The position numbers and the translations under genes were made by a program. Of a stretch of DNA of 64,000 nucleotides, positions 32,883 to 47,700 are shown in pieces (position 1 is the first letter of the stretch; the number at the start of each line of letters is the position of its first letter). This DNA comes from Takakia lepidozioides (lineage: Eukaryota; Plantae; Bryophyta). The notes beneath the pieces were generated by a model, which made no database searches, had not been told where the DNA came from, and was given only the letters and a program-made list of their open reading frames with translations. Location: the NCBI GenBank assembly GCA_030704615.1, contig JAKLZA010000295.1:1-64000 (forward strand). The letters are read 5' to 3'.

Positions 32883-35733
32883 TTACCATTATATAGACGA
32901 GACTGGTATGAAAGTTTTGTGATGGGTCTGGTACAGGACCAGTCTGGTATGTCCTAAAATTGATACCAGACCAACACTGGTATGTACACTCATAACATAT
33001 GCCATACTATGACATATTTGACATTGTGATGTTAGGGCACAATATGTGATGGTACATAGATACATCCACCTTAGGTATGGCATTGCGCCTGTGTGGGATA
33101 AGCACGACTCACATGGCACATAGTGGCATGCCAGTTATGGCACATAGGCAAAATGAAGTAATGAAATAATTGAGGTGCAAATGGGCCACTGGCCTCAGCA
33201 AACGTCCCATTCGAAAAATTTCTTCATATTCTTGACATGTGGTGCAGATTGGCTGTTCCTGGCATAGGTGCAAGTGGGACACTATACGCTCCCCCTCGAC
33301 GAGGATGCCCAGCTGTACTTCGCGGTGAAGCCATCAAATCAACATAGATATTAGGATCTGACTTATCTACCTGCCGAACACTGGTCTCAACGGTCACACC
33401 ACGGCCATGGCTTGCCTCCACTCTGCCTCTATGCTCGCCAGGTGATTCATATTCATGTGCCTGTGCTTTCAATATTCTGTTGCTTTCCATAATTTTTGAC
33501 ATGTTTGAATTGACAGAGCTGGGCGAAAGGGATTTGTTGGCAAACGTGCGAACAGAAATGTGACGGTTGTTTCTTCCTGCAACTGCGAATGTGAACGGAT
33601 ATCGGTTGTATCTGTATTTCATAGAATCTATGCTGATGCTGTCAAGAAACCGCACTCAGTGGTGGGTTGAGTTGATGAAAATATTCGTGGAGCCCATTTT
33701 GGGGCAGGCGATGTTCAGGCCGGCTCCATTTGTTTATTGTTTTATAAACCAAACCTCCATATTTTCCTGTTCCACACGGAGAGGAGGTTCATTACGGGAG
33801 GAAAGAATGTCACCGAAATCTACTGAATAATGTAGCGAGGCCTTCTCCCTCAGCGTTTGGCCAGGCTTGCATACTTGATGGAAATTCAGCAGCTCAGTAA
33901 TTAATCCCTTGACGACCACTCGAATCACAAATTAAAAGAAGTCGATGAGTTGATTGAATGATGGATCCATTTCAGTATCGAGACTAATCTCTCCATGGAA
34001 ATCGTGACTCAACGTCATATCTCAGTAGCTGTTAGCGAGTGAATGTGAGCTGCTCAATGCTTCAATACAGATGATTGGGTGGAAGAAAAGCATATTAGTT
34101 ACACCCACGTCGCCCAGAAATCTGACGAAATTTCGGCCAGCCATAACCCCTTGTCTATTGCAGAGCCATGCCCATGTGCACGGAGCTTTCTCTAATTTTT
34201 TGAGGAAATTTGACCTACTGCTAACGATTGGGATTCTTTCTCGTCTCACTTATGGGACTGACTTTCGGCCTCTTATTTGGTCTGCAGTGATTAGTCAAAT
34301 TTCTGGTCCATTGCTCAAGAAATGAAAAGTTTTGAACCTCCTGGAATGGTCTGCAGTGACATAACCAAACCTTCTTGAGATTGAATGGGCAGGCTGGAGC
34401 AGTCCTGGTCACATGGTGGACCTAAAGCTCCACAACAAGCATGCATTAATGCTTTGTATTTAACTGGCAGAAAGTTTCAGATGACACTCCCTTCAACTGG
34501 TAAGCATGACTTAAAACCATGGTTAGAACGGGTTTTGTCATTGAAATTTTGGTGTTACATGCAAATTTGCACATATGTTGTATATTGTACCACATGAGTA
34601 GCTATCTGGGCTATCTTGTGTGGCATGGGCCCAGGCAATTATCAAATGCACTCAGAAGGCTTCTTGCCGGAAGCTGAATAATTCTAACACAAGATAACAT
34701 GGAAAGCATTCTGTTGGGCTGCTTCACCCCAGAGAGATAATCAGTGCTGTTCCAGCAGGTCCTGGAAGGCATTGGGTTTCAGAGGGGGTCAACACTACAG
34801 GAATTAAGCTGTGTCAACAGTACTGCTGTACCTGGAGAAAGCAATCTCAGTTCTGTCAGGTCAGGAATTCATGTCATGTCTTCTGCTGAGGTTCAAGGTT
34901 GCATGTTTGCTGGGTCTTCGGGTTGAAGCCTAACCTTTCCAGAGCGAGTTGTGGAGTTACACCCACCGAAGTATGCTCAGCATCACTGCAGCGCTCGTGC
35001 ATATTTTTGGCTAGCATTGAGATCATATTGGGAAGCATACTTCCAGCCACAAAGTAGATAGAGACAAGAGATAGAAGTTGATAGACCCATGCATGCCGTA
35101 GACAACATGAGAGGAAAGGAAAGAACAGAGAGAGTGCAGTGGCCCAATCATTGTTATGGAGAGCTGTCAAGGTGGGACTAAGTCTTGACAGTACATCCAT
35201 CAATCCATCAATGAGTACATAATCTCTCTCTGTCCCTCTGCTTCTCTTCTTGCCTTCTTTCCAGGGAGGCTTTGGGCAATTGACACTCCGAAGAGGACAA
35301 ATCATGGGTTTTGAGGTAGACCAATGTTGTTCCTGCTTCTCATGCATTGCTTATGGGTCTGGGCAGATACAGTGGCATGGCAGCTTGCAAGATGAGCCCC
35401 ATGTGTTGCAATCCAGGTAATGGTCTATGAACTATCCACCCAAGAGTTGCCACTCTCAGCCTATTTTCAAACAACTGCAGGCAATTGAGTTGGACCTTCT
35501 GGCTCTCCAATGGTTTCGACCAACTGACTCTATCCAGAAACACCAAATCCAGTAAATCTTGTTTCGGCGGCTCGCTACAAACACGACCGAATGCGGCAAG
35601 CCACCATTAGAGTGTCCGGGGATGTTGAACCTGTAAAGTCAAATGCTTGTTTCGTGAAAATCGATGTACTAATGCTTTAAAGAGACATCCATGTCCACAC
35701 GTAAGTTATGCACAACATCAATCAGTCCTTAAA

Positions 35734-38700
35734 ATGGAAGGTCCAGTAAAGTGTGGCATCAGTCTGCATGTCCGCGGTTACAGTAACCTCATCCTAAGCC
35801 AGTGGGGGCTTATCGGGTAAGCGAAGCGCCTCTCTGTGTAGATGAGATCATATCCCGGTTTTCTTTGTGCTAACAGGTGAGGCATGACATCTGTATACAG
35901 GTCGATGGAGGAGACATATGATGCACTGGCACGCCGGCTACTGTCTGCAGCATCATCTTGCAGGCCAAGCCACAAGTAAGACCATTTGCTTTGGAATAAG
36001 CTTACAGGTTGATCACTATGGTTGTGTCCCTGCATTGACAATTGCAGGGGAAATGCCCAAGCCACATTCACACATCTCTCTGATGCTCCAATTTACATTC
36101 TTGAAAGACACTGTTACTAAGAACTCTCTTGACCATAATATGGTCAACAAGCTCCAGAGCTTTTGTGCCTGAAGTGAACTCCAGTCTGACGGGCAATGGA
36201 ATCTGTGTTGTGACAGATATTTAGTAGGGCTGGCAGGTCCTCCAGGGGCAGGGAAGTCGACTGTCGCACAAGAGGTTGTGACCCGGTTGAACGAGCTTTG
36301 GCATGAGAACCAAGGGAGGAACTCTCAGTTGAGATAGGCGCATATGTGCAGGACATAGCTGTAGCAGTGCCAATGGATGGGTTTCATTTGTATCGTTGGC
36401 AGCTTGATGCCATGGAGGTTGGTTGACTTGAAAATCTCAAATGCTTAACAAACTGTTTGCTTGTAAGAAAAAGTAGTGATTTGAATATCCTTGTGTGCTT
36501 CTTGTGGTTTTCATACATATGGGCATATATATTTTATGGCTCCCTCATTTAAGCAACAAAGACAATGTGCCTCATTGAAGTACAGATGATCTTGGTGGTC
36601 TAGACGACATGGGTCTAAAGATCAGTCTGGCAAGCATCAATCAAAAGCTGAGTGATGCTGTACTCTGTTGCTGAGGGTTAGTGGCATTCAGAATAGGCCT
36701 GCTTTCTGTGTCTTCACTCTATTAATTCCATAGGCCTTATCTGAAATCATGTTGATGATCAGCAGACATGCTTGCATTGCGTGTCTGCAGTATGTGAATT
36801 GATGGGGTGCTCTTATACTCTATCCTTCAATAAGCAACCTAAGGGTTGTTGTGTCTGACCTAAGGATTAGTTTCAACAACCTCTAGATAGTCTTTGGTGC
36901 TTGGAGAAATATAAACATGTGGCGGTAACTGTCCAGCAGTAAACTGTGAAGTTCCCCTGAATGCTTTGACGCTGTCCATGTCAGAAACCTTGAATAATCG
37001 AGGTTTACACGCCTTCAAACTCTATATATTTACCTGCCTACTGAAAGTGGATTACCTTGTGAATATATAATTCAGTGTCACCGTGTTCTAATGCTTGTTT
37101 CTACTGTTTCAGCAGGATCCAAGTGAAGCCCATGCTCGACGAGGAGGTTAGTGTTGACTCGCATCATGTATCAAGCAATTTGCTAAATAGTCAACATGTC
37201 CTGAGGATCATCAAGGACTGTATTGGACTCAGAAATCCATTGAATATTGCTGAACACCTCTCAGGCTCTGTGGTTGAGGTCTATCTAAAAAAACCACATA
37301 TTCCAGTTGGGTGGTTTAACAGCTCCATGGACATTTGACCCGCAACCCTTGTGGAGGGTCTTACCACGTTGCGAAGACAGGTGCGAAGGTGATGTTTGCA
37401 TCTGCTTCGTTCAGAGCTCTTTGGAGGTTAATTGGTTTTCATTTAGTATTTTATCTGATGTCTATGACAAAATTGTTGAATGTCGGCCAGAGAGCTAAGT
37501 TAGTACTTCATACTGAATGACCATCAATGTGATCATTGGCTTCTTAGTTTTACGTTGACTAATTTTAGCCGCTTATTAAGTACATCTCCTTGTGCAAGTC
37601 CTAAGTTGAAACGCCTTATCGTTTTTGGCTAATCGTCATTCCACAGGTTTTTGGCTGAAGGTATCTGATGAGCCACCAGAACAGATATCCATTTGTAGCA
37701 GTATGCTTGTCTCCAAACGTCATTCTAATACAACTGCATCATGTGCAGGGGTGGGCATACCTGCCTTCATTTGACCATGGAATAGGAGACCCTGTTGAGA
37801 AGGACATCTATGTGGCCCCCTGTATGGTTGCCTGCCTCACCCCTCCTTTGTTGGGCTCCATAGCCATTTTTTCCAAGCCACTACCTCATACATTTTGTTA
37901 TGTCACTATGTCAGGACTCCAGTCAGTTGGACTGGAGAAGGCCAGATTGACTCAGTCCCTACTCTGTATCATTGCATCTGGTCTTATGTTGAGCCAAACA
38001 TGGACGTTCCCTATCACGATTTTGTCTTCATCTTGGAGGGAAGTCCCTGCGTATAACATGGACTTTTGGTAGACTTTCCCATCGCATTTAAAGTCTGCAC
38101 ACCCATTGGTCAAATTCTAGTCTTTAGTTATAGAAGTGAGTGAATGCACCACTCACACATGGCTTTATGAGACGAGAGTGTGACTTTGCGGCTATTGCAA
38201 TGCAGGCACAAAGTGGTTTGTTGGAAGGCAATTATTTGCTGCTGTCAGAAGGACACTGGAAACACTTGAGAACTGTTTTTGATGAGCGCTGGTAAGAGCT
38301 GCCCAACATGTGTATTATCTAAGCAAAATAGTGGAGAATCTTCGGTTTCCAAGGATCAGAGTAAGAGTCTGTATGTTTATGAGAGAGAATGTACTCATAA
38401 GACATGGTTTGCCGTAGCCTTGTGGCCATAGACCCTGAGCCCAGTTTGGGCGAAAGAAAAGAGAATAGACACTAATTTGGGAGGGGCTCACTCTGGTAGT
38501 GGGACTTACCTTGGTATAAACAATTAATTCGGGCTTTCCAGATAACCTCCCTCTCTGCATCTGTTTATTGTCCAAAGGTCCCCGCCCCAAGCTTAAATTT
38601 CATTCTAGTGCCAAGGGTAGGCAGGCCCTTCAGATCATCCTTAAGGTCCTCACCCATGTCACAGACTGGAAACAAGTTCAAGGAAGTTTTATGCCTGGCT

Positions 38701-41700
38701 TCATTCCATCAGACAGTCTTTGGACATCCGACATGGCTTTAGACACTACAATTTCCAGTTCAGCCTCATCTAGTAGGATCAATTCTTCTGGGCTAATATT
38801 CAGACAGTTTGGAAATCTCTTCCCCCCTTTTCCGCCAGGACTTAGCCTGTTTAATAGGATGGTCTTGCTTCCAAGAAATAGAGTCGATTATCTTAGGCTA
38901 TCTGGTATTAGACATGTGATTCAACTGACCCCACCATCTGAGGTATGCCAAACTGTCCCCGAACGGCCACATTAGCTGTTCCAGAGCATGCTGACATGCT
39001 CTCTTTGAGCACCATTCTAGAGATTTAGCATGTTTAGAGTTGTCGACCCACACAGCAGATGCATACGCCAAGGCATGCCTAATAACGTTGCAAAGCATGG
39101 TCCTCTTAACTTCAGCACTAATCCTCTGCAGTGGAATGTTTTAGTGAATACGGCTTGCATGCCGGACGAGTAATGGAAGTTCAATCCATCATGGGCAGCA
39201 TCCCATTCACCGATTGATCTCCCAAAGCTTTGTGGTTAGCTGTTTGAACCACTTTTTGTGGTTAGACTTCTGTCCATTAACCGTAATACAGCTTCTGGTG
39301 TTAGCATATAGGGTGTGAACCATCCTCCACATCTTTCCCCTGACCCTAGAAGACAAAGTCGAAGCCACAACCCACCCTTCTCGACACTGTGTCAAAAGCC
39401 TTTTTTACATCCAGGAAAAAGACAAAAGTGGGTTTCCTTCTTTTTTCCTTCCCTGGATAATCTGGCTAGGGTGAAGATATGGTCTTCCCAATACCTTCTG
39501 AGCCTTTACTGGCTGATTTACATCTCTTCACAGCTGGTAATACCGAGACCACGGCTCTCTGGCATCTTTGATATTACAGCAGTCCTTGTAAAGCGCCCCC
39601 GCCTCTCGGTGATCTTGAGCTTGACCTCGTTGGTCTACCAATTTACCGCTTCCGCATACAGTTCCCTTCCAATGGTCTCATCAGCTGCAGAGTTGACGAA
39701 ACTCTCCCAAAAATCCACAGTTCTTTCGACTTCGCTACTTGCATCACCTAACCAATCTTGGAGTGATTGGGTAAAGTGTGGGAGAGACTCTTTCAAGGCT
39801 TGGACATATCTGTCTTGACCTCTTCCTTTTGGAATTTTTCTATGCGCACTTTTGGGTCGAACGTTTCACAGATATCTTGGTGTTAAGAAAACACCTTTTG
39901 ATCTCAGTCCAGAAAAGAAAGTGGTCAGAAGTACCAATATCAATATAGCCGTGTGCCATTGGAATTTTGCTCATCCTTGCCTAAAAGCCCAAAGTCATTG
40001 TCTTTTGTAGACCCTGACCCGTTGGGCATTAAACTCACCTAACAATACCATGTGGCCTTTGGCGAGGAATTTAACAAAGTCATTTTTTTCATCCACATGT
40101 TGATTGGTCACTGCATGCAGAGGCATGTCTGGCTCGTATGCCCTTCCGGCATCGACCTTTGGGTTTAGCTTCCCAGAGGTTGCCAATATAAGTGGACCAT
40201 TCTGAGTCATCCTCTCCCAGGGCTTTAAACGGGTTGGAAACTCACTTTAAAGTCCCCATCATTGGCTGTCTTCTCTGAGCACCTCATTGAATCACCAATG
40301 TCTAAGATCACTCTCCAAAGTCAAGGATCGAACTGCTCTGAGATTCTCGAGATGGTGCCATCAGCCACATAATCCAAGCCTAAAATTAAGGAAGTAGTTT
40401 TAAAGCACATGTCATCCATCCTGGGATTCACCCCAAAAAGTACATGAGGCTCTAGGTTTGGCATAAGTGACCGGTTCCCAGAAATCACCTGGGGATTATG
40501 AACATTTTCAGGAGAGATTTTGGTTTTTGCAGTCAATAGGTTTAAACAGAAGGGTATACCCAGCCCAAGTGCTGAGCATGTGCAAGAGCATGCAACTGCC
40601 CACTTTGGGCGAGGGGCTGTCCCTAAGCAGTAGGGATCCACTTGTTCCCATTTAGAGATCATCACTCCGAGCTGCAGGGAATGGCCTGTGTAGACATATT
40701 CTAATTCTCTCCAACTAAATCCAATGTACTACCTTACCCGAAGCAATATGCTTCAGGTCAAACAAACAAAGGTATTCACAAGGCTTGCATTTAGTCACAG
40801 AGACATTTATCCACTCCATGTCAAGTCCACCCTAGTTGGCAGGGAGAGGATGTACTCATAAGACGTTGTTTGCCGTAGCCTTGTGGCCATTGACCCGTGC
40901 CCAGTTTGAGCGGAACACGAAGGGACAGAAACTACATTTGTCAGGGCTGACGCCGGTAGTATGACTCCGTGAAACAGACAATTGATCCAAGTTTTCCAGA
41001 TATCCTCTAGAAATCCTTTACACAAACATCTCTGTGTCTGATTTGCCACCTGGCTTTTGGCTCAGCCTCGAGATTTTCAAAAGTTGGTAAACAGAGGTAC
41101 AGGAATAATTCCCTTGAACCCCCATGTCACAGACTGGAAACAAGTTCAGGGAAGTTTCCTGGGCAGGGAGAGAATGTTTGCCATATGACTCCGTGAAACA
41201 GACAATTGATCCGAGGTTTCCAGATATCTCTCTCGAAATCCCTTTACACAAGCATCAATCTGCTGTGTGTGAGTGGGCAGGGAGGGAGAGAGATGTACTC
41301 ATAAGACTTTGTTTGCGGTAGCCTTGTGGCCATAGACCCCTTACAGGATTTCTTTTTCGCATTGAACAAAAACCAGATGACAAGTGAACGCCTCATTGGA
41401 CAAGTTTGGGCGGAACAAAAGGGACCAGAAACTACCTTTGTGAGGGGCTCACTCTGGTAGTATGACTTACCTTGATACAAACTTAGTTCAGGCTTTCCAA
41501 TATCCTCTAGGGCCCTTCACACAAGCATCAATCTGCTGTGTGTGAGCAGCCCAATGCTCACAAAAGTTAGACCCCAACAGGGCCAGGGCTTTAGGCTCAG
41601 CCTCAAGATTTTGAAAGTTGGTGAACAGAGGTGCTGAGACAATGTTCTTGATTGTCCTGAAGAGGGTCATTCTCTGGTGAGAATATCCCGGACAATGTAT

Positions 41701-44700
41701 CAGAAAATGGATAGTCTTCAGGTTGCCCACACATTGGACAATTACAATCTCTTCCTCTCTGCATCTGTTGATTATTCAAAGGTAGGCTTCCCACCCTTAG
41801 TTTAAATTTCAGTCTAGTGCCAAGGTAGGTAGGGCCCTTGAGATCATCCTTAAGGTCCTTGCCCATGTCACAGATGGAAACAAGTTCAGGGAAGTTTTTA
41901 TGCCTAACTTCATTTTCATCGGACAGTCTTTGGGCATCAGACATGGCTTTGGACACAACCCCCTCCAGGTCAGCTTCATCCAGTAGGGTCAATTGATGAG
42001 GACTGATATCAGATACTTGAAATTCTCATCTACCTTTTTCCACCACGACTTGGCCTGTTTAACAGGATGGTCTTGCTTCCAAGAAACAGATTCGATTATC
42101 TTAGTGTATCTGGTATTAGGCATGCGATTCAACTGACCCCACCATCTGACCTTGAATTCATCATGCCGAGAGCTTAAGGGAGGTATGCCAAATTCACCCC
42201 GAACAGCCACATTAGCTGTTCTACAACAACCTGCCATGATTTCTTTGAGCACCGGGGCCTGAATGGATTCTAGGGATTTAGCTTGGTTGGAGGTTTCGAC
42301 CCCCACAGCAGATGCGTACCAAGGCCGGCCTTATAGCATTACAAAGCATGGTCCTTTTAACTTCAGCATTAATCCCTCTGCAGTGGAAAAAATCTAGTAA
42401 AACCCACAGCTTCGCGTTTAGCTGATCGAATCACTTTTTGTATATGTGCATCCCAGTTACAGTTGTACGAAAACTCAACACCAAGATAAGTGTAGGAAGG
42501 GAGTACAGGAATCTCTTCGTCGCCCCATTTCCATTTGAGATACCCTCCTCCCTCCCCACAGTCGTTGAATGCCATCACTGCGCATTTACTAATTTTAGCT
42601 TCTAGCCTCCACAGGTCAAAGAACCTCTTCGCACAATCAATCAGCTCCTGGAGACTGGATGGGGTATCCTCTGGGCCTGCGAAGTCATCCGCAAACATAA
42701 GAGCTGGTATGGTGGCATCACCCATCTTTAGCCCAAACCCCTCACTTTCCACATCTTCAAGAAGCTGATTAATGAAGACATTGAAGAGCAGTGGGGAGAG
42801 GGTACAACCTTGTGCTACACCTTGGTCAATATCAAAGAAGTTAGACTTCTGTCCATTGACCGTAATACGACTTTTGGCCGTAATACGATACCCTCCTCCC
42901 TCCCCACAGTCGTTGAATGCCATCACTGCGCATTTACTAATTTTAGCTTCTAGCCTCCACAGGTCAAAGAACCTCTTCGCACAATCAATCAGCTCCTGGA
43001 GATTGGATGGGGTATCCTCTAGGCCTGCGAAGTCATCCGCACATAAGAGCTGGTATGGTGGCATCACCCATCTTTAGCCCAAACCCCTCACTTTCCACAT
43101 CTTCAAGAAGCTGATTAATGAAGACATTGAAGAGCAGTGGGGAGAGGGTACAACTTGTGCTACACCTTGGTCAATATCAAAGAAGTTAGACTTCTGTCCA
43201 TTGACCGTAATACGACTTTTGGTGTTGCATGAAGGTTGTGGACCATCCTCCATCTTTCCCCTGATCCCAGAAGACCAAAACCGGAGCCATAGCCCGTCAC
43301 ACCATATTGTGTCATAGGCCTTTTTGACATCCAGGACGAAGACAAAAGTGGGCTTTCCTTCTTTTTTCCTTCCCTGGATGGTCTGACTTAGAGTGAAGAT
43401 ATGGTCAGTGCAGCCCCTATGTCTCCAAAAGCCAGCCTGGCCTTCACGGAAACCACCTCTAGACTCCAGATCCACATTGAGACGGGTGCTCATAATCCTA
43501 CAAAATAGCTTGCCAACTGCACTAAGAAGTGTGATACCGTGATAGTTCCCAGGTTCTTCTCTGTCCCCTTTCTTATACAGGTTGACAATGACTCCCTGTC
43601 TCCAGCGAAAGGGGATCACTTCAGTCTGCCAAATAAGGTTAAAGAGAAGGGCAAGGGCCTGTTTCATAGGGTCACCACGATACTTAATTAGCTCACTGAC
43701 AATGCCATCAAGCCCCCCTGCTTTATAGCCGCTTAGATCCTTTACAGCTTCCATGACCTCAGAAGAACTAATGGGTGCATTGTAGACCTTTCAGATATAC
43801 TCCAGTTCATCAGGGCTATCTTGGAATATAGGAACAGTTGTTTGTGCTGTGTCCTTCCATTCTTTGAAAGGCCCCTCACTATTAGAGTTAGATTTATGGT
43901 TCCTTAAACACTGCAGGCCAACCAGAATCTTATCATTACCACCATGGTGGTTCAAGTTAATGTCTTGGTACAAAGTACTTTCTTCTGAGCTCTTACAAGC
44001 TGGTTAACATCTTCGCGCCACCACAGATGTTTGTCGTTTTTGATACTACAGCAGTCTTTACCGAAGTTCCTTGCTGATCATTTCACACTATCACACAGGA
44101 AATCACGGTCAAAGAATCCCACACCGTTCTGACCATGCTTAGCCGAGGCCGCCCTGAGAGCATACATCTTACCGAACCATTTATAGCCACCGATATCCCA
44201 ACCAGCTTGTCTGGAGTTCCCACGTCTCCTGCCCAGCACAAATGTGAATGCCATTTGCTTGAAGAACTTGGCCCCACTTGAAATTGTTTCCTTTGGCTAG
44301 TTAGCCCACAGAAGTTAAAGGTGCCAGTCGCAGACCAGCTTTATGCATATGGATTGTCTGTCGTCTAGGTGACGTTTGAATGCCCCTAGACACCCTGCAA
44401 TTCTGCATTGATGGGTCTGTTTCATTGCGTGTAGGCTTTGATTGTCTCGCGCAGACTTTGAGGGTTGGCATGCCATTGAGCGTGCCATACCCTTCTTTCG
44501 CTTGTTGATCAATCCCTGCATGCATAGGTATCTCTGCAATTTCTGGGGCAACCTCTTCCAGGTCTTCAAACAAATTGGAAACTTTCAGTTTGAAGTCCAC
44601 ATCCTTGACTGTCTTCCCCGAGTGCCTCATTGAATCGCCCATGTCTATGACTGCTCTCCAACCAGTCAGGCGTCTAACTTCTCTGAGGTACTTTGAAGTG

Positions 44701-47700
44701 AATCTCTACTTGTAGCATTCTTAGGCGTTGTCACCTTCCATGCACCTCTGATACCAAGTCTTGAGATGGTGCCATCAGCCACATGATCCAAGCCTAAATT
44801 TGAGCAAGTAGTCTTAAAGGACACATCGTCCATCCTGGGATCCTCCCCAAAAACTACACAAGAAGCTCTAGCTTTGGCACAAGCGACTTGGGAAGTACGG
44901 ACGGTATTTGAATTTTCATGTTTAAGCACAAGGGCAAACCGTAGCCCACGCGCTGAGCATGCCAGACAGAGCATACAACTGCCCACTTTGATGGAGGGGC
45001 TTCCCCCCAGCAGCAGGGGTCCGCTTGTTACCGTTCAGAGATCATCACTCCAAAGGAGGTGCAGTGAATAGCCCACATAGACATATTCTAAAGAGGGAGA
45101 GGCCCCAATCTCTCCAACTAAATCCAATGTACTACCTTACCCAAAGCAGAGTGCTTCAGGTCGAAACAAACACAAGGTCACAAGGCTAGCCTTTAGTCAT
45201 GGAGACAATCATCTACTCCCGTATCGAGTCCACCCAATGACAATAGGCTTCCTAGTGAGAGAAAAATATACTCATAAGACGTTGTTTGCTGTACCCTTGC
45301 GGCCATTGACCCCGTGCCCAGTTTGAGCGGACACAAAGCGACGGAATCTACCGGGCTGACGCTGGTAGTATGACTTACCTTGGAACAGACAATTGATCCG
45401 AGTTTTCCAGATATCCTCTAGAAATCCCTTTACACGAGCATCAATCTGCTGTGTGTGATTTGCCCAACAAAAGGGCCTGGGCTTTTGGCTCAGCCTTGAG
45501 ATTTTCAAAGTTGGTAAACAGGTACAGGCACAACTCCCTTGATGGAATTGAAGAGGGCATCTGGTGAGAGTACCAAGGACAATGAATGAATATTGTCTTC
45601 AGGTTGCCCACACAACGGGTATTTGCAATCCCCCTTTCCTCTCTGCATCTGTTTGCTGTTCGAAGGTAGGCTTCCCGCCCTGAGTTTAGGTTTCAGTCTA
45701 GTGCCGAGAATGGGTAAACCCTTGAGGTCATCAATGATGTCCTCCCCCATGTAACAGACTGGAAAAAGTTTTTCTGCCTAACTTCATTTTCATCAGACAA
45801 TTTCCTGGCAACAGAGATGGCTTTGGACACTACAGCCTCTAAGTCAGATTTATCCAGCAGGGTCAAGACTTGCGGACTTAGATTCAGATCCTGGAGAATC
45901 TCTTCTACCTCTTCCGCCAGGACTTAGCCTGTTGACAGGGCGATCCTGCTTCCAGGATATAGAGTCGAATAACTTCGGGTATCTGATATTAGTCATACGT
46001 TGTTGCTGACCCCACCATGTGACCTTGAATTCATCTTGTTGCTTAGATAGTGAGATAGGGTAGTTAGTTGGCAAGCTACAGGGGGTTGCCATAGGCTGAA
46101 GCAGGGCCGTCATGAGGTCTTATGACTTACCTTGGAACAGACAATTAATCAGTTTTCCAGATATACTCTAGAAATCCCTTCACAGAAGCATCAATCTGCT
46201 GTGTGTGGTTTGCCAAATCACGAGGCCCCAAAAGGGCCTGGGCTTTTGGCTCAGCCTCAAGACTTTCAAAGTTGGTAAACAGAGGTTCAGGCAGAATTCC
46301 CTTGATGAGCGAGAGGGAGATAGGAAGAAAGACAGAGAGAGTCTAATCTAAGTCTAAGAATCTAAGAATCTAAGTCTTCCACACTTAGATAAGTTTATAT
46401 GACAATGACAGTCCAACAATAAGACTGTCATTTCAGATTCTACTCAAGCCAAAACCATAGTTGTTAGATCTAGTATTCAAAGCTAGGATTGATATCAACA
46501 TTATGGTAAAGAGAAAACTTCAATCATGGTAAAAGATACATTTCAAGTGGTTACCAAACTATATGTTTAAAGAGCCGAACCTCATTACAGGTGTGAGAAG
46601 TCATTAGACAGCAGCCACTCCTAGCTATCAAGGCAAAGATGAGGCCTTACCTGGTCCCATCACAAGCACCCCACAAAACCAATAGGTTATTGACCCTTGT
46701 GGAACTCCAGGTATACGGCATCACCTAGTTGTTATCCATGTCCACCATGAGAGACTGAAACTGAAGTCTTAAATGACAACCAGAACATGCAGCAGCAAAT
46801 TAGCAAAACAATTGAACCTGTTTGCTCAATCTTTCTACCTGGCTGTTCCTTGAGGAAGAGGCATTGTAGTCAGTCTTCTCCTTCCCTCTTGCAAGAGCCT
46901 TCCTCCTTAGAGATGAACAGTGGGAGCTGCTATTCTCTTTATCCCTACTCCTGAAGTAAGGAACGTGGGAAAGAGACCCAGCTCATTAAGAGCCACCGCC
47001 TATGGCTTTGAAAAGCGAACTAGTAGGTGGTGGTGTTTATTAGAGAGCCCAGCAGTTTAAGGAGGTCTAGCTGGTTATGACAAATGCCCATTCATTCTTA
47101 ATATCCAGAACCCTAATGAGGGATCTGCCAAGCTAGGTGTTATGCCCTCTGTTCACCCAATTTAACAGAAATGTTTGGCAAAGCTATGGCAAGTCAAGAA
47201 CCATTGGAGAGAATGTACCCATAAGACGTTGTTTGCTGTAGCTTGTGGCCACTGACACCGCGCCCAGTTTGAGCGGAACACAAAGGGACAGGACCTACCT
47301 TTGTGGGGCTGACGCCGGTAGTAAGACTTACCTTGGAATAAACAACTGATCCGGGTTTTCAATATCCTCTAGAAATCCCTTCACACAAGCATCAATCTGG
47401 ATGTGTGGTTTGTCCAATAGCTAGGCCCCAAAAGGGCCTGGGCTTTTGGCTCAGCCTCGAGACTTTCAAAGTTGGTAAACAGAGGTACAGGCACAATTCC
47501 TTGATATTTTGAGGAGAGTGTCTCTCTGGTGAGAGAACCCGGGACAGTGAATCAGAAAATGAATATTGTCACACAGGGCAATTGCACTCTCCCTTTCCTC
47601 TCTGCATCTGTTTGCTGTTCAAAGGTAAGCTTCCCGGCCTGAGTTTAAATTTCAGTCTAGTGCCGAGAGTGGGTAGACCCTTGAGGTCATCCATGATGTC

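Noticed and set aside
34874-35546. Minus-strand ORFs with a hydrophobic stretch, divergent from the kinase gene
   Set aside because: No motif or convincing exon chain; cannot be supported as a gene.
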